Positions 11,353 through 21,831 of a stretch of DNA of 64,000 nucleotides are shown here, in pieces. Every line of letters starts with the position of its first letter. Position 1 is the first letter of the stretch. The notes beneath the pieces are model-generated. The model made no database searches and had not been told where the DNA came from. It was given only the letters and a program-made list of their open reading frames with translations. The position numbers were made by a program, and so were the translations under genes. Source of the stretch: Nitrososphaeraceae archaeon (GTDB lineage Archaea; Thermoproteota; Nitrososphaeria; Nitrososphaerales; Nitrososphaeraceae); contig DATFEP010000064.1 in NCBI GenBank assembly GCA_035250975.1, forward strand, positions 40,226 through 104,225. The letters run 5' to 3'.

Positions 11353-11817
11353 TTGTCTCGTGAAAATAATGGATTTAAGAGGATACTTGTTCTAGTAGAT
11401 GGATCAAAATATTCGATAAATGCATTGGAATATGCTAGTATCCTATCTAAAGAATATGATTCTGAATTAATAGCATTATACGTTGTACCATCCATAATGA
11501 GATATGATGATCTGTTTTTAAGTAAGAGAAAATACGAGGAGATCCCTGGATTCAAAGACATAATTGAACTGTCATACTTAGAATCTCATAATTGGTTAAA
11601 TGAATTAAAGGAAAAAATTGGTGGAAAACTAACAACCGACGTCATTATTGCTAAGAAATCTGTTGTTTCTGAAATATTAGAATATTCAGAACGCAATGAT
11701 ATAGATTTAATAATTATGGGTACAAGAGGAAAAACAGGTTTGAAAAAATTACTGTTGGGAAGTACAGCAGAAGGGGTTATAACTTATGCACATTGTCCTG
11801 TATTAGTAGTTAGATAA
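11353..11817 (+). CDS. Universal stress protein (UspA family)
   Basis: ILVLVDGS, IIMGTRGKTGLKKLLLGSTAE..AHCPVLVVR. Confidence 0.92.
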   Translation: MSRENNGFKRILVLVDGSKYSINALEYASILSKEYDSELIALYVVPSIMRYDDLFLSKRKYEEIPGFKDIIELSYLESHNWLNELKEKIGGKLTTDVIIAKKSVVSEILEYSERNDIDLIIMGTRGKTGLKKLLLGSTAEGVITYAHCPVLVVR

Positions 11818-11991
11818 ATTTATCATGAAATTGAATTCATAGATTCTATCAGTTGAGAGTACGCATATCTCAAAGCCAAAATCATTACACTCCTAACTGG
11901 AAAATTATCTATATATTTAATGCAGAAAATATTATAACTCAGTTTATGTTTCTAAGTTATCCATTTAGTTAAGTTCAGGTTATCAAGTGGG

Positions 11992-12996
11992 TTAAAAATG
12001 TTGTATGTAATTCCTAGCAAGATTAAAATGCAACATGGCTTCTTTCTCGTGAATGGTTTTTTCGTTATTTAAAACTTCATTAGCACGGAAAAGAGAGACC
12101 TTGGCTCTAACACAAGCCTTATAGCACATCATAAAAAAAATCATTTTCTTTATGACATCGTCCTCACTTTTTTTCATATAATAAGAGATAAAATGGTCAC
12201 GCAAATCTATACGTTGATGAAAATCAAAATCCATCGCAAGGTGTGAAATATCCTCTATTACATCAGCATATCGCAGAGAATCATTAAATTCTATTCTATC
12301 ATAAAGATAAATTTTATCACGTATAATAAAAATATTTTTTAAATATAGATCACCATGAATATCACGAATTCTGTTTTCTTTTATACGTTGATGGAATAAA
12401 TCAATATTATTTTCAACAAATGAGTCCAATTTATCATGAAATATTGGATCTAATTTTATAAGTTGAGAAAGGGTTTTGAAATTTTCATTAATTTTCTTTT
12501 TTATAAAGATAGGTCTACCAAATCTAGAAATATTTTTACTTGTAGTGGCACCATGATGGAATTTTATAAGTATTTTCGTTAAAGACTGTACTGTTTTCAT
12601 ATCTATTTTTCCATCCCGAAGTAAATTATCCATTCTAAATTTTTGTGGAATTTCTATCATTTTAACAGCATATTCTATAGCTCTTCCGTCGTCTCTAAGA
12701 TCTACTATTTTAAAAATATCATTGTCATTAACAATTTTTACTACTTTCTGATACATGTTACCACAAAGGGTTTTATTTAAAGAAATTTCCTTGTTACAAA
12801 ATTTTTTTCTAAGATATAATTTTGAAAAGTCGAGAACTTGACCAAATTTTACATTTTTCTTTATCTTGTAGGCATAAGAACCTGTGAGAATAACCCAAGA
12901 AATATGAGTTTCTAGGATTTTTATCCTTGATACTTTATGGGGATATGATTTTTTATTTCGTAATCGCAAAATAATATTCTGTTGGTCAATCTGCAT
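11992..12996 (-). CDS. COG2187 aminoglycoside-phosphotransferase-like kinase (no C-terminal AAA/kinase domain)
   Basis: ETHISWV..YAYKIKK..LDFS, HGDLYLKNI, DRIEFN..D..ED. Confidence 0.8.
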   Translation of the reverse strand: MQIDQQNIILRLRNKKSYPHKVSRIKILETHISWVILTGSYAYKIKKNVKFGQVLDFSKLYLRKKFCNKEISLNKTLCGNMYQKVVKIVNDNDIFKIVDLRDDGRAIEYAVKMIEIPQKFRMDNLLRDGKIDMKTVQSLTKILIKFHHGATTSKNISRFGRPIFIKKKINENFKTLSQLIKLDPIFHDKLDSFVENNIDLFHQRIKENRIRDIHGDLYLKNIFIIRDKIYLYDRIEFNDSLRYADVIEDISHLAMDFDFHQRIDLRDHFISYYMKKSEDDVIKKMIFFMMCYKACVRAKVSLFRANEVLNNEKTIHEKEAMLHFNLARNYIQHF

Positions 12997-13189
12997 ACTT
13001 TAGCATCGCCTATAAAATCGCTTCATTCTACTTGTTAGATTTATTTATTTTAATAGTTATATGAATTCCCTTTACTGATTCATAAATTAATGTAGTGATA
13101 TTTTCGAGTAATGAAATAATATTAGAAGATGGAATACTACAATAAAATATTCCAAAATAATAAAGCTCATTTATTACAAAGAAGATACA

Positions 13190-13756
13190 TTGAGCATGGC
13201 ACGACAATTTTTATTATTTATTTCTATTGGAATTTTGATTACTGTAATTTTGTTTATCGATAAACAATATGTTTTTGGTCATCTCAATGGAACAAGAATA
13301 CAAGAATTGATCGATAAGAAAAACGATATTAAACTTCTTTTTACATACGAACCGGAAAAGCCAATAATTGATACTTTCACAAAACTTTCCTTTAGTGCTC
13401 AAGATTTAGAAGGCAATCATATTGAGAATTATAAGGCATCAGTTATCGTAACAAATGGACAACGACTTTTCAAATTTCAAAATATATCTGTTCCTGACGG
13501 AGATTTTGATGTAGAATATATTTTCCCAGATGATGGAACACATCAAGTAATAACCAGAATTGATACGAAATCTAGCATCACACCGGCATCATTTAGTGTA
13601 TTTGTTCCACATCAGGCACCGCCAAGTATATTAAATCCATTTCCGCTTCCACCCGACGGAAAATATAGTTTAGAAATAATAGTAAGCATAGTACTTGCAA
13701 TAGTAATTCCAATAATAGCAGTAATATCATTGATTTTTATGATTAAGAAACGTTGA
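13190..13756 (+). CDS. Membrane-anchored secreted hypothetical protein (Ig/YtkA-like)
   Basis: N-terminal signal helix, beta-rich core (YIFPDDGTHQV), Pro-rich linker, C-terminal TM followed by KKR. Confidence 0.65.
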   Translation: MSMARQFLLFISIGILITVILFIDKQYVFGHLNGTRIQELIDKKNDIKLLFTYEPEKPIIDTFTKLSFSAQDLEGNHIENYKASVIVTNGQRLFKFQNISVPDGDFDVEYIFPDDGTHQVITRIDTKSSITPASFSVFVPHQAPPSILNPFPLPPDGKYSLEIIVSIVLAIVIPIIAVISLIFMIKKR

Positions 13757-14171
13757 TAAAAAAATTGAATTAATTAATTATAAAATATTCAAGTGGTGCA
13801 TTTTAATTCCAACTAATTAATATTTTGCAAATCGGTTTTATAAAAGTATTAGAGAGCTATTGCCACTTATCGGAAAAGATAGAACTTCTTCATGAAACAT
13901 ATTGAAATTTTCAATAACGCTAAATAATACACCTGCTACTACTAGCGTCTTAGTTAGATAATAAATTTTGTTCTTTATGACCTTGTATCATTCTTTTACT
14001 TATTTTGGCAACATATTGCATGTATTTGGGGATGACTTTTTGGGAAAATCTTCATTAAAAAATATTGAACCATAACATACTATGAGCCGATCATTTAGAG
14101 TGGATCTGTTGTATTTGGTTACAAAGAAAACGATATTTAGTTAGTATCTATTATTAATTTTGAATTAAAGA

Positions 14172-15818
14172 ATGAAAAAAAAGATTGTCGATGCTACTGT
14201 TTCTCTTTCAGAAATTAATGACAATAGTGTAGTAGCAATTTCTGGTTTCAATATGGCTATTACGCCAGAATACTTAATTCTGGAATTGTACAGAAAATAT
14301 GTTGAGGAAGGACATCCTAAGAATATATTTATTATCTCAGATGCACTGCCGGCTATCCCCGGCAGAGCGATAGATAAAATTGCTGAGCCCCTATATAATG
14401 ATCTCAACCAAAAGTTTCTGCGGGGAATATTGATGCCTTTTTTGGGTTTTTCTCCATGGCTTCAAAAGATGGTACACGAAGACAGGATTGAATACTATGG
14501 CTGGCCAATAGGGATTACTGCGTATTGGTTTAGAGAGATCGCATCTGGAAGACCAGGACTTTTAACAAAAATCGGTATAGACACATTTTTGGATCCAAGA
14601 AGAGAGGGAGCTGCATTAAATGAACTTGGTAAGAAAAATGCATCCTGCAAAGTTAGTGTTTTAGATATTGATGGAGCAGAATGGCTGTTATATCAGGCTC
14701 CAAAACCTAATTGTTCCTTTATAAGAGCATCAACGTCTGACGAAGCAGGTAATTTGTCGATGGAAGATGAAGGTATAAGAGGAACCATCCTCAGTATTGC
14801 ACAAGCTACTAAAGCAAGCCCACATCAAGGGACTGTTATTGCACAAGTAAAATGGATCACACGATCGGGCTCGATTAATCCAAGGGATGTTGATGTGCCT
14901 GGTCCATTGGTTGATTATGTTATAGTATCTCCAAAAAAATATCACTGGCAGAGCGGAAATATTGAATTTGATCCCAGAATATCATATAAAATACTTCCCT
15001 CATTAACAGATACATTGTTTTATGGTCTTCCCAAAGTATCTATGAAAGCACACGAAAAAGTGATAGCAAGAAGAGTCATCTTAGAATTAGTAAGATTACT
15101 AGAAGAAAAAAATGCACCAGTATTGGTTAACTTGGGAATAGGCATACCGGCTTTTGTTTCTTCTATAGCAGCTGAAGAGGAGGTATCGGAATTTATTATA
15201 TCTGTACTTGAATCTGGTCAATGGGGGGGACTTGCTCTTTCGGGAAATGACTTTGGATTGGCAATCAGTCCATTTGCACTTTCAACAATTCCAGATGTAT
15301 TTTCCAACTTTGAGGGGGGGATAATAGATGCTGCATCTCTTGGTTTTCTACAGATAGATAAGGAAGGTAATGTTAACCCATCCATTCTTCCTAATAAGAT
15401 ATATGGACCTGGAGGATTTCCTGTTATTGCAGGTGGGGCACCTAGGACTTTCTTTGCGGGGTCTTTCACAGCAGGAAAAAGTGATATTATACTTTCAAAC
15501 AAGACTATAAAAATCCAAAACGATGGACTAACATTGAAGTTCGTTGAAAAAGTCTACAAGATAGTATTTAGTGGAAAGCAAGCGGCTAAATACGGTCATA
15601 CAATTCGCTATATTACTGAAAGAGCCGTCTTCAGGTTAACAGATCGTGGGATAGTTCTTGATGAGATTGCTCCTAAAATAGACATAGATAAAGAGATATT
15701 GGCAAAAATGGATTTTTTACCTATAATAGGTTCTAATCTCAGGACAATGGATGACAGAATTTTTGACGAATCAAAGATGAATATAAAAGAAGAAGTATTT
15801 CGTATTTTTAAAAAGTGA
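14172..15818 (+). CDS. Acyl-CoA:carboxylate CoA-transferase (YdiF/propionate CoA-transferase type, fused alpha/beta)
   Basis: GRPGLLTKIGIDTFLDPR, VNLGIGIP, catalytic ESG, GNVN..GPGGF, YITERAVF. Confidence 0.88.
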   Translation: MKKKIVDATVSLSEINDNSVVAISGFNMAITPEYLILELYRKYVEEGHPKNIFIISDALPAIPGRAIDKIAEPLYNDLNQKFLRGILMPFLGFSPWLQKMVHEDRIEYYGWPIGITAYWFREIASGRPGLLTKIGIDTFLDPRREGAALNELGKKNASCKVSVLDIDGAEWLLYQAPKPNCSFIRASTSDEAGNLSMEDEGIRGTILSIAQATKASPHQGTVIAQVKWITRSGSINPRDVDVPGPLVDYVIVSPKKYHWQSGNIEFDPRISYKILPSLTDTLFYGLPKVSMKAHEKVIARRVILELVRLLEEKNAPVLVNLGIGIPAFVSSIAAEEEVSEFIISVLESGQWGGLALSGNDFGLAISPFALSTIPDVFSNFEGGIIDAASLGFLQIDKEGNVNPSILPNKIYGPGGFPVIAGGAPRTFFAGSFTAGKSDIILSNKTIKIQNDGLTLKFVEKVYKIVFSGKQAAKYGHTIRYITERAVFRLTDRGIVLDEIAPKIDIDKEILAKMDFLPIIGSNLRTMDDRIFDESKMNIKEEVFRIFKK

Positions 15819-15919
15819 CAGATGAGAATTCAAATTTGATACTCATTTACATCTTTTTATTATTTTGATCCTCATGATTAACAAACCAGATTTAATTTTG
15901 TTTAACATAACTGCATTTT

Positions 15920-16582
15920 TTATACATACAAGAATTTTGAGAACCATTGTAAAGCCAACTTAGAAACTTCCTCTAGCGTTCCAGGTTCTTCAAAAAGATG
16001 TGTCGCCTTAGGAACAATTATCAATTTTTTATCTTTCACTTCTTTAAGATTTTCGAATGCATCTTTATTTAATTTTATAACTTCAATATCTTTTTCTCCA
16101 ACTAGTAAGAGTGTTGGTGCTTTTACCTTGAAAAGTGCGTCATTTGCCAGATCCGGTCGCCCGCCTCTTGAAACAATAGCTTTAATATTCTTATTATCTG
16201 CTGCAGCCACCAGAGCTGCAGCAGCACCAGTACTTGCACCAAAATATCCGATTTTTAAATCTTTTGTACTGGGATTTTCTTGAATCCACTTCGTCGCATC
16301 ATTCAATCTATCAGCCAAAAGTTTGATATCAAATCTGAAATGACCACTCCACATCTCTTCATGCTCTTCTTCTTTTGTAAGGAGATCAAACAAAAGTGTT
16401 GAAATATTACCATCTTGCAATGTTTGTGCTACATATTTATTTCTTGGACTAAATCGACTGCTTCCACTACCATGAACAAAGAGAACTATTCCACTTGCCT
16501 TATCCGGAATTGAAAGATTACCTTCCAGTACTTTTGAACCAGAAGTAATAGACACACTATTAATAGCAGATTTTTTGGTCAT
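15920..16582 (-). CDS. Dienelactone hydrolase-like alpha/beta hydrolase
   Basis: HGSGSSRFSPRN, GYFGASTG nucleophile motif, SRGGRPDLA, ATHLFEEPG. Confidence 0.85.
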   Translation of the reverse strand: MTKKSAINSVSITSGSKVLEGNLSIPDKASGIVLFVHGSGSSRFSPRNKYVAQTLQDGNISTLLFDLLTKEEEHEEMWSGHFRFDIKLLADRLNDATKWIQENPSTKDLKIGYFGASTGAAAALVAAADNKNIKAIVSRGGRPDLANDALFKVKAPTLLLVGEKDIEVIKLNKDAFENLKEVKDKKLIIVPKATHLFEEPGTLEEVSKLALQWFSKFLYV

Positions 16583-16698
16583 CTTCCTTCTCCCAAACTA
16601 AGTCCTATTTTATTAGAAAGTTCTGGATTTGTAGGAAATGAGATTACTTCAATGTTATTTTTTCCACCTAGGTTCAATAATATAAACAAGGTGTTCAT
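16579..16698 (-). CDS. Possible 39-aa ORF translationally coupled to the hydrolase
   Basis: MNTLFILLNLGGKNNIEVISFPTNPELSNKIGLSLGEGR-stop; its TGA overlaps the hydrolase ATG (ATGA). Confidence 0.3.
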   Translation of the reverse strand: MNTLFILLNLGGKNNIEVISFPTNPELSNKIGLSLGEGR

Positions 16699-16704
16699 GC
16701 CAAA

Positions 16705-16721
16705 TATAACATATTGTTATA
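16705..16721. promoter_or_regulatory. 7-3-7 inverted repeat in the divergent hydrolase/hypF intergenic region
   Basis: TATAACA-TAT-TGTTATA. Confidence 0.3.
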
Positions 16722-16861
16722 ATATTAACACTATGCAATCAATTGTACACTAGTAATAAATTCAATTTAATTAGTTTATTTTATTTTCCTTTATTGAATT
16801 ATTTTGTTCATAAATAATGCAGACAAAGGCAAAAATAATAAATAACTAAAATTTCTAATAC

Positions 16862-19150
16862 GTGATAATAAATTTAAATAACTTGAGAATATCTATTTCT
16901 GGAACAATACAAGGTGTAGGTTTTAGACCTTTTATCTATAGAATTGCAAATGAATCTCATCTTTACGGGTATATACAGAATAAAGGAGATGGGATCGTAG
17001 AGATCTGCGTTCAAGGAAGCCAGAAAAATATTGAACTTTTCATAAGAAAAATGAAAAATGAGAAACCCGTCCTTGCACATTATGATCATATTGATATCAT
17101 GGATCTTGATGAGAAAAAAAAATACAATGATTTTACCATAATTGATAGTTCCAAAACAAGATCAAAAACAGGTTCTTCAATCCACCCGGATATTTCAATA
17201 TGTAAAAAGTGTACGATAGATTTTTATCAAAATAAAAGGAGATATCAGTATCCATTCATCTCATGTACCGAATGTGGGCCAAAATTTACGACATTAAAAA
17301 TGTATCCTTACGACAGAACAAATACAACAATGTCAGATTTTGCAATGTGTAAAGAATGCGAATCTGAATATAATGAACCAAAGAATAGATTATTTCATTA
17401 TGAACTAATATCCTGTACGGAATGTGGACCAAAATTTTCTATTGTAGATAACAAAGGTCATATTATCAATACCAATGATCCCGTATCACTTTCAGCGAAA
17501 TTGCTTATGGAAGGAAATATAATGGCTGTAAAGGGTCTTGGAGGTTTTCACGTCATAACATCATCCACAAAGTCCGAACCGATAATGAAATTGCGAAATA
17601 AAAAAGACAGAAAAAATAAACCTTTTGCGATCATGGGCAAAGATGTTCAATCCATAAAATCGTTTGCCTGCGTAAACGATTTAGAAGAAAAAATATTAAC
17701 TTCCATGACAAAACCTATTGTTCTATTAGACAAGAGTAACAATTATTTTCTTTCTCCTTTCATTTCACCGAATCTCCACAATGTTGGAGTTATGCTTCCT
17801 TATATGGGGTTACATATAATGTTATTCGAATCCATCGAAGAACCTGCTTTGGTTATGACCAGTGGAAACGAAAGTGGTAATCCGATAATAAAAGATAACA
17901 AAGAAGCTATAAAATCTCTAGGACATTATGTAGATTATTTTTTGATTCACAATAGAGAAATATTTTCGCGATGTGATGACTCGATAATTAAAGTCATAGA
18001 AGATAACCCTATACTATTAAGAAGATCCAGAGGATTCGTTCCATCAAAGATCTCTTTTACAAAAAGTATTCCAGATTGTATTCTAGCACTTGGTGGAGAA
18101 ATGAACGTAGTATTCTGTATATTATATAATGAAGACTGTTTCATTTCACAACATATTGGAGACCTTTATAATCCAGATTCTTATTTATTTTTTAAGAGTA
18201 CAATTGAACAAATGATGAAATTTCTAGATTTGAAACCGTCTTTTTTAGCATGTGATTTACATCCTTCTATGTTAACGACGAACTTGGCTTATAATATTGC
18301 TCAGAATGAATCTAACGTCTTTCAAGTACAACACCATCACTCCCATATAGCCTCTCTAATGTCAGAACACAACATACAAGATATTATAGGAGTGGTGTGT
18401 GATGGAATTGGATATGGTTTAGATGGAAATCTATGGGGTGGGGAAATATTCAAATGCGAAAATGTAACAAACATTCAACGAATTGGACATTTAATTGAGC
18501 AACCCATGATAGGAGGAGATTTGGCGACACTAAACCCCTTAAGAATGGTCGCCGGAATACTATATGGCAAGGTTGATGGTTTTGAAGATTTCCTATATTC
18601 AAATTTAACACGGTTCCGGTATGGACATAAAGAAATAGAATCCATCATTGGCAATCTGCAATCTGATTCATATTCCAAAACTACCAGTACGGGCAGGATA
18701 CTTGATGCAATATCATCTCTACTTGGGATTTGTTATGATAGAACTTATGAAGGAGAGCCTGCAATATCACTAGAATCAAGTTCAATAAATGGCAAAGATA
18801 TTTTCATTGATCCAAAAATATCAGGAAATATTTTGGATACTACATATTTACTAAAATTTATATACGAAAACAGAGGTAGGCTTTCTCCAAGGGATCTCGG
18901 TTATTCTGCCCATTCCTATCTCGCAAATGGTTTAGGAGAAATTGCTGCAGAAAATGCACTGTCTACGGGTATCAAAGTTGTTGGGTTTTCAGGAGGAGTT
19001 GCACATAATAGAATTTTTACAAAAATCCTAAAAGAAGAGATTGAGAAGAGGGGGTTGAGGTTTCTACTACACCAAAAAATTCCACCTGGAGATGGAGGAA
19101 TTTCTGTAGGTCAAGCTTATTATACTATGAATAAAATTCTAAATAGCTGA
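16862..19150 (+). CDS. hypF: Hydrogenase maturation carbamoyltransferase HypF
   Basis: Acylphosphatase domain (QGVGFRPF), two CxxC-x18-24-CxxCGP Zn fingers, KGLGGFH, QHHHSH, DGIGYG, PPGDGGISVGQ. Confidence 0.96.
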   Translation: MIINLNNLRISISGTIQGVGFRPFIYRIANESHLYGYIQNKGDGIVEICVQGSQKNIELFIRKMKNEKPVLAHYDHIDIMDLDEKKKYNDFTIIDSSKTRSKTGSSIHPDISICKKCTIDFYQNKRRYQYPFISCTECGPKFTTLKMYPYDRTNTTMSDFAMCKECESEYNEPKNRLFHYELISCTECGPKFSIVDNKGHIINTNDPVSLSAKLLMEGNIMAVKGLGGFHVITSSTKSEPIMKLRNKKDRKNKPFAIMGKDVQSIKSFACVNDLEEKILTSMTKPIVLLDKSNNYFLSPFISPNLHNVGVMLPYMGLHIMLFESIEEPALVMTSGNESGNPIIKDNKEAIKSLGHYVDYFLIHNREIFSRCDDSIIKVIEDNPILLRRSRGFVPSKISFTKSIPDCILALGGEMNVVFCILYNEDCFISQHIGDLYNPDSYLFFKSTIEQMMKFLDLKPSFLACDLHPSMLTTNLAYNIAQNESNVFQVQHHHSHIASLMSEHNIQDIIGVVCDGIGYGLDGNLWGGEIFKCENVTNIQRIGHLIEQPMIGGDLATLNPLRMVAGILYGKVDGFEDFLYSNLTRFRYGHKEIESIIGNLQSDSYSKTTSTGRILDAISSLLGICYDRTYEGEPAISLESSSINGKDIFIDPKISGNILDTTYLLKFIYENRGRLSPRDLGYSAHSYLANGLGEIAAENALSTGIKVVGFSGGVAHNRIFTKILKEEIEKRGLRFLLHQKIPPGDGGISVGQAYYTMNKILNS

Positions 19151-19204
19151 TTTTTTATTATCTATAATCTTTATAGGCTAGATTTTCCTATCAATTCCAG
19201 GCTT

Positions 19205-19519
19205 ATGTGTTTGGCTTTTCCAGGCAAGATAACTGAAATAATAGGAGATTTTGCCAAGATAGATTTTGGTGGAGGTACTATGAGAAATAATATTAATATT
19301 TCCTACGTTGATGGTCAAGTGGGAGATTATGTTCTTATTCATGCAGGGTATGCAATCCAAGTATTGGACCTGGTTGAGGCCGAAAATATATTGAAATACT
19401 GGGTCGACAATACATCTTGGAAGTGTAACCAGTGTGAAATAATAAATGAATGTTACACCGGAAATTTGGTTAAAGAAGTAAAACAGATTAAACATAATAA
19501 CTTGGGTTCGGAATCATGA
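19205..19519 (+). CDS. hypC: HypC chaperone with Cys-containing C-terminal extension
   Basis: MCLAFPG start, GDYVLIHAGYAI; extra KCNQCEIINEC tail. Confidence 0.92.
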   Translation: MCLAFPGKITEIIGDFAKIDFGGGTMRNNINISYVDGQVGDYVLIHAGYAIQVLDLVEAENILKYWVDNTSWKCNQCEIINECYTGNLVKEVKQIKHNNLGSES

Positions 19520-20625
19520 TTCTAGAAAAGTACAAAGATCCCGAATTAGCAAAGAATATTACTGAAAAGATCCGTGAATATGCCGATTCGATAGAAGAGA
19601 ACCTGCTTTTTATGCATGTTTGTGGATCTCATGAATGGACGATATCTCACTATGGCATAAGGTCGCTGATCCCTAAAAATATAGAGATAAGACCTGGACC
19701 TGGCTGTCCTGTTTGTATTACTCCAGCTGAGGATATAGACAATGCCATAAAGCTCGGTTTAGAAGGAAAAACCATTTTAGTATATGGAGATATGTCAAGG
19801 TCGAAGGGATCAAAAGGAAAAAGCCTTTTAGATATAAGGGTACTTGGTGCTAAAATCAAGATAGTATACAGCATACAGGAAGCCATATTATTAGCAAGAA
19901 ATGACCCAACAGAAGACTTCGTCTTTTTCGGAGTAGGATTTGATACCACTGCCCCTCCTACTGCATTTGAGATATTGAAAGGTTTACCACCGAATCTTGC
20001 TATCATTAATTCATATAGATATATGCCTCCAATAGTGGGTGCAGTTATAAAATCGTCTGTACTGGGTGTGGATGCCGTATTAAATCCGGGACATTCATCT
20101 ACAATAACTGGAATGAAACCTTATTACAGATATTTTCTAGAAACTAGAAAACCTCAAGTCTTTTGTGGATTTGAACCTATTGACATTTTATTGGGAATTC
20201 TAATTCTGTTAAAACAGATAAAAGATGGAAAGGCGAAACTAGAAAATGAATATCAAAGGTCAGTCACATGGGAAGGAAATAAACATGCTCAGAAAAAACT
20301 TGAAGATGTATTTGACCTAGACACAGGTTACATAAGAGGAGTAGCAAGTATTCCAGAATGCGGTTTTACGTTTAAGGAAAAATATAAGGATGTTGATGCA
20401 TATGTCAAATATGGTTTATCAAGGCAAACAAATAATGAACATTTTGTAGCAGGAGCTCGATGTGGTGAAGTGATTTTAGGTCTTTGTGAACCTACTGAAT
20501 GTCCGCTATATATGAAAGAATGTACTAAACAGACACCTAAAGGGCCTACGATGATTTCTCTTGAAGGCACATGTAGAATATGGGCTGAACATAATCTGAT
20601 TAAATCTATAAAAAAACTTTCTTAA
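19516..20625 (+). CDS. hypD: Hydrogenase maturation protein HypD
   Basis: CGSHE, GPGCPVC, GFDTT, PGH, C-terminal Cys cluster ending EGTC. Confidence 0.94.
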   Translation: MILEKYKDPELAKNITEKIREYADSIEENLLFMHVCGSHEWTISHYGIRSLIPKNIEIRPGPGCPVCITPAEDIDNAIKLGLEGKTILVYGDMSRSKGSKGKSLLDIRVLGAKIKIVYSIQEAILLARNDPTEDFVFFGVGFDTTAPPTAFEILKGLPPNLAIINSYRYMPPIVGAVIKSSVLGVDAVLNPGHSSTITGMKPYYRYFLETRKPQVFCGFEPIDILLGILILLKQIKDGKAKLENEYQRSVTWEGNKHAQKKLEDVFDLDTGYIRGVASIPECGFTFKEKYKDVDAYVKYGLSRQTNNEHFVAGARCGEVILGLCEPTECPLYMKECTKQTPKGPTMISLEGTCRIWAEHNLIKSIKKLS

Positions 20626-20644
20626 TATTCAATATTGATCTTTT

Positions 20645-21427
20645 ATGGCTTTTTTTATAGGAAATAGTTTTTGTAAACTTTGTCAAAAGGATGAAGAACA
20701 ACTTGTAAGTGAATTATTTTACTGTACAAAGGGACTAATTAATAAGGGTTATTCGATAATTAAAAATACACTAAATAGTGCACGACTCCCAAGTTGTGAC
20801 GACTTTTATGTAACATATTTTAAAAATAATATATGGAATTCAGATATCAAAGTACTAAAAATAAATATAAAAGATTGTTGTAATAATCATGAACAACCCA
20901 CAAACGGTGTTGAAGTTGATAAAGGCGAAATTTTGCTACATACGAAAATATATCAAGCTCGTCCGGATGTCAATGCTATTTGTCATACAAGAAATCCATA
21001 TTCGATAATTTTAGACAATGATACTTTTAAAAGAGTACATGGAGAAGCTACATTGATCTTAGGCGACATTCCTATCATGGATATTGAAAATTTTTCTGAT
21101 GAAAATAGAACGGTGAGCTTCATAGAAAAAATAGTTCAATCAACTATAGGCGAACCCCTAAGGCCTATAAGAACCGTAATATTATCAAACAATAGTGTTT
21201 TGGCTCTTGGTTCCTGCATACATGAAGCAAGAGCATTTACAGAAATACTGGAAGAATGTGCCAGATTTTACATGATATCTAAAATTTTTGGCGGACCGCT
21301 AAATCTGCTTACACTTGATCAATTGAGAGGTTTGGGATCGAGATATGCAAGAGCCATAAAATTTGGAGGAAGGAAAATAATGTCTAATGCGAATCGTCCA
21401 GATGTTCGGATTAATAAAAATTTTTGA
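20645..21427 (+). CDS. Class II aldolase/adducin family protein, metal site degenerate
   Basis: GEILLHTKIYQARPDVNAICHTRNPY and LSNNSVLALG; N-terminal FCKLC. Confidence 0.75.
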   Translation: MAFFIGNSFCKLCQKDEEQLVSELFYCTKGLINKGYSIIKNTLNSARLPSCDDFYVTYFKNNIWNSDIKVLKINIKDCCNNHEQPTNGVEVDKGEILLHTKIYQARPDVNAICHTRNPYSIILDNDTFKRVHGEATLILGDIPIMDIENFSDENRTVSFIEKIVQSTIGEPLRPIRTVILSNNSVLALGSCIHEARAFTEILEECARFYMISKIFGGPLNLLTLDQLRGLGSRYARAIKFGGRKIMSNANRPDVRINKNF

Positions 21428-21831
21428 AAATGATGCTAAAAAAAATTCTAGTTTTTGGTAATCCTTTGGTTAGAAGGGACAGCCTGCCTCTAAAATTATT
21501 AGATGATCTTAGAAATGAATTTCCTAACATAGAATTCAAAGAATTTGATTCAATTGAAGAGATACAAAATGAAGGGGATACTCTTTACATTTTGGATTCG
21601 GTAGAAAAAATAAAAAAAGTGATGGTAATAACCGATTTAGATCAATTGGCTACAGACAAAATATATTCGGTCCATGATTTTGATTTAGCTATCAACCTCA
21701 AGATACTAAAGAAAATAGGTGTGATAAAAAAGATAATTATTCTTGGAGTGCCTATGAATATTACGCATAGTCAGGCATTACAAGAGATTAGAGAAAAAAT
21801 TATATCCATTTCAATCTCAAAAAATGACTAG
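21424..21831 (+). CDS. Short hydrogenase maturation endopeptidase-like protein
   Basis: ILVFGNPL...D, YILDS, SVHDFDL motifs of the HyaD/HycI fold; adjacent to the large subunit. Confidence 0.75.
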   Translation: MKMMLKKILVFGNPLVRRDSLPLKLLDDLRNEFPNIEFKEFDSIEEIQNEGDTLYILDSVEKIKKVMVITDLDQLATDKIYSVHDFDLAINLKILKKIGVIKKIIILGVPMNITHSQALQEIREKIISISISKND

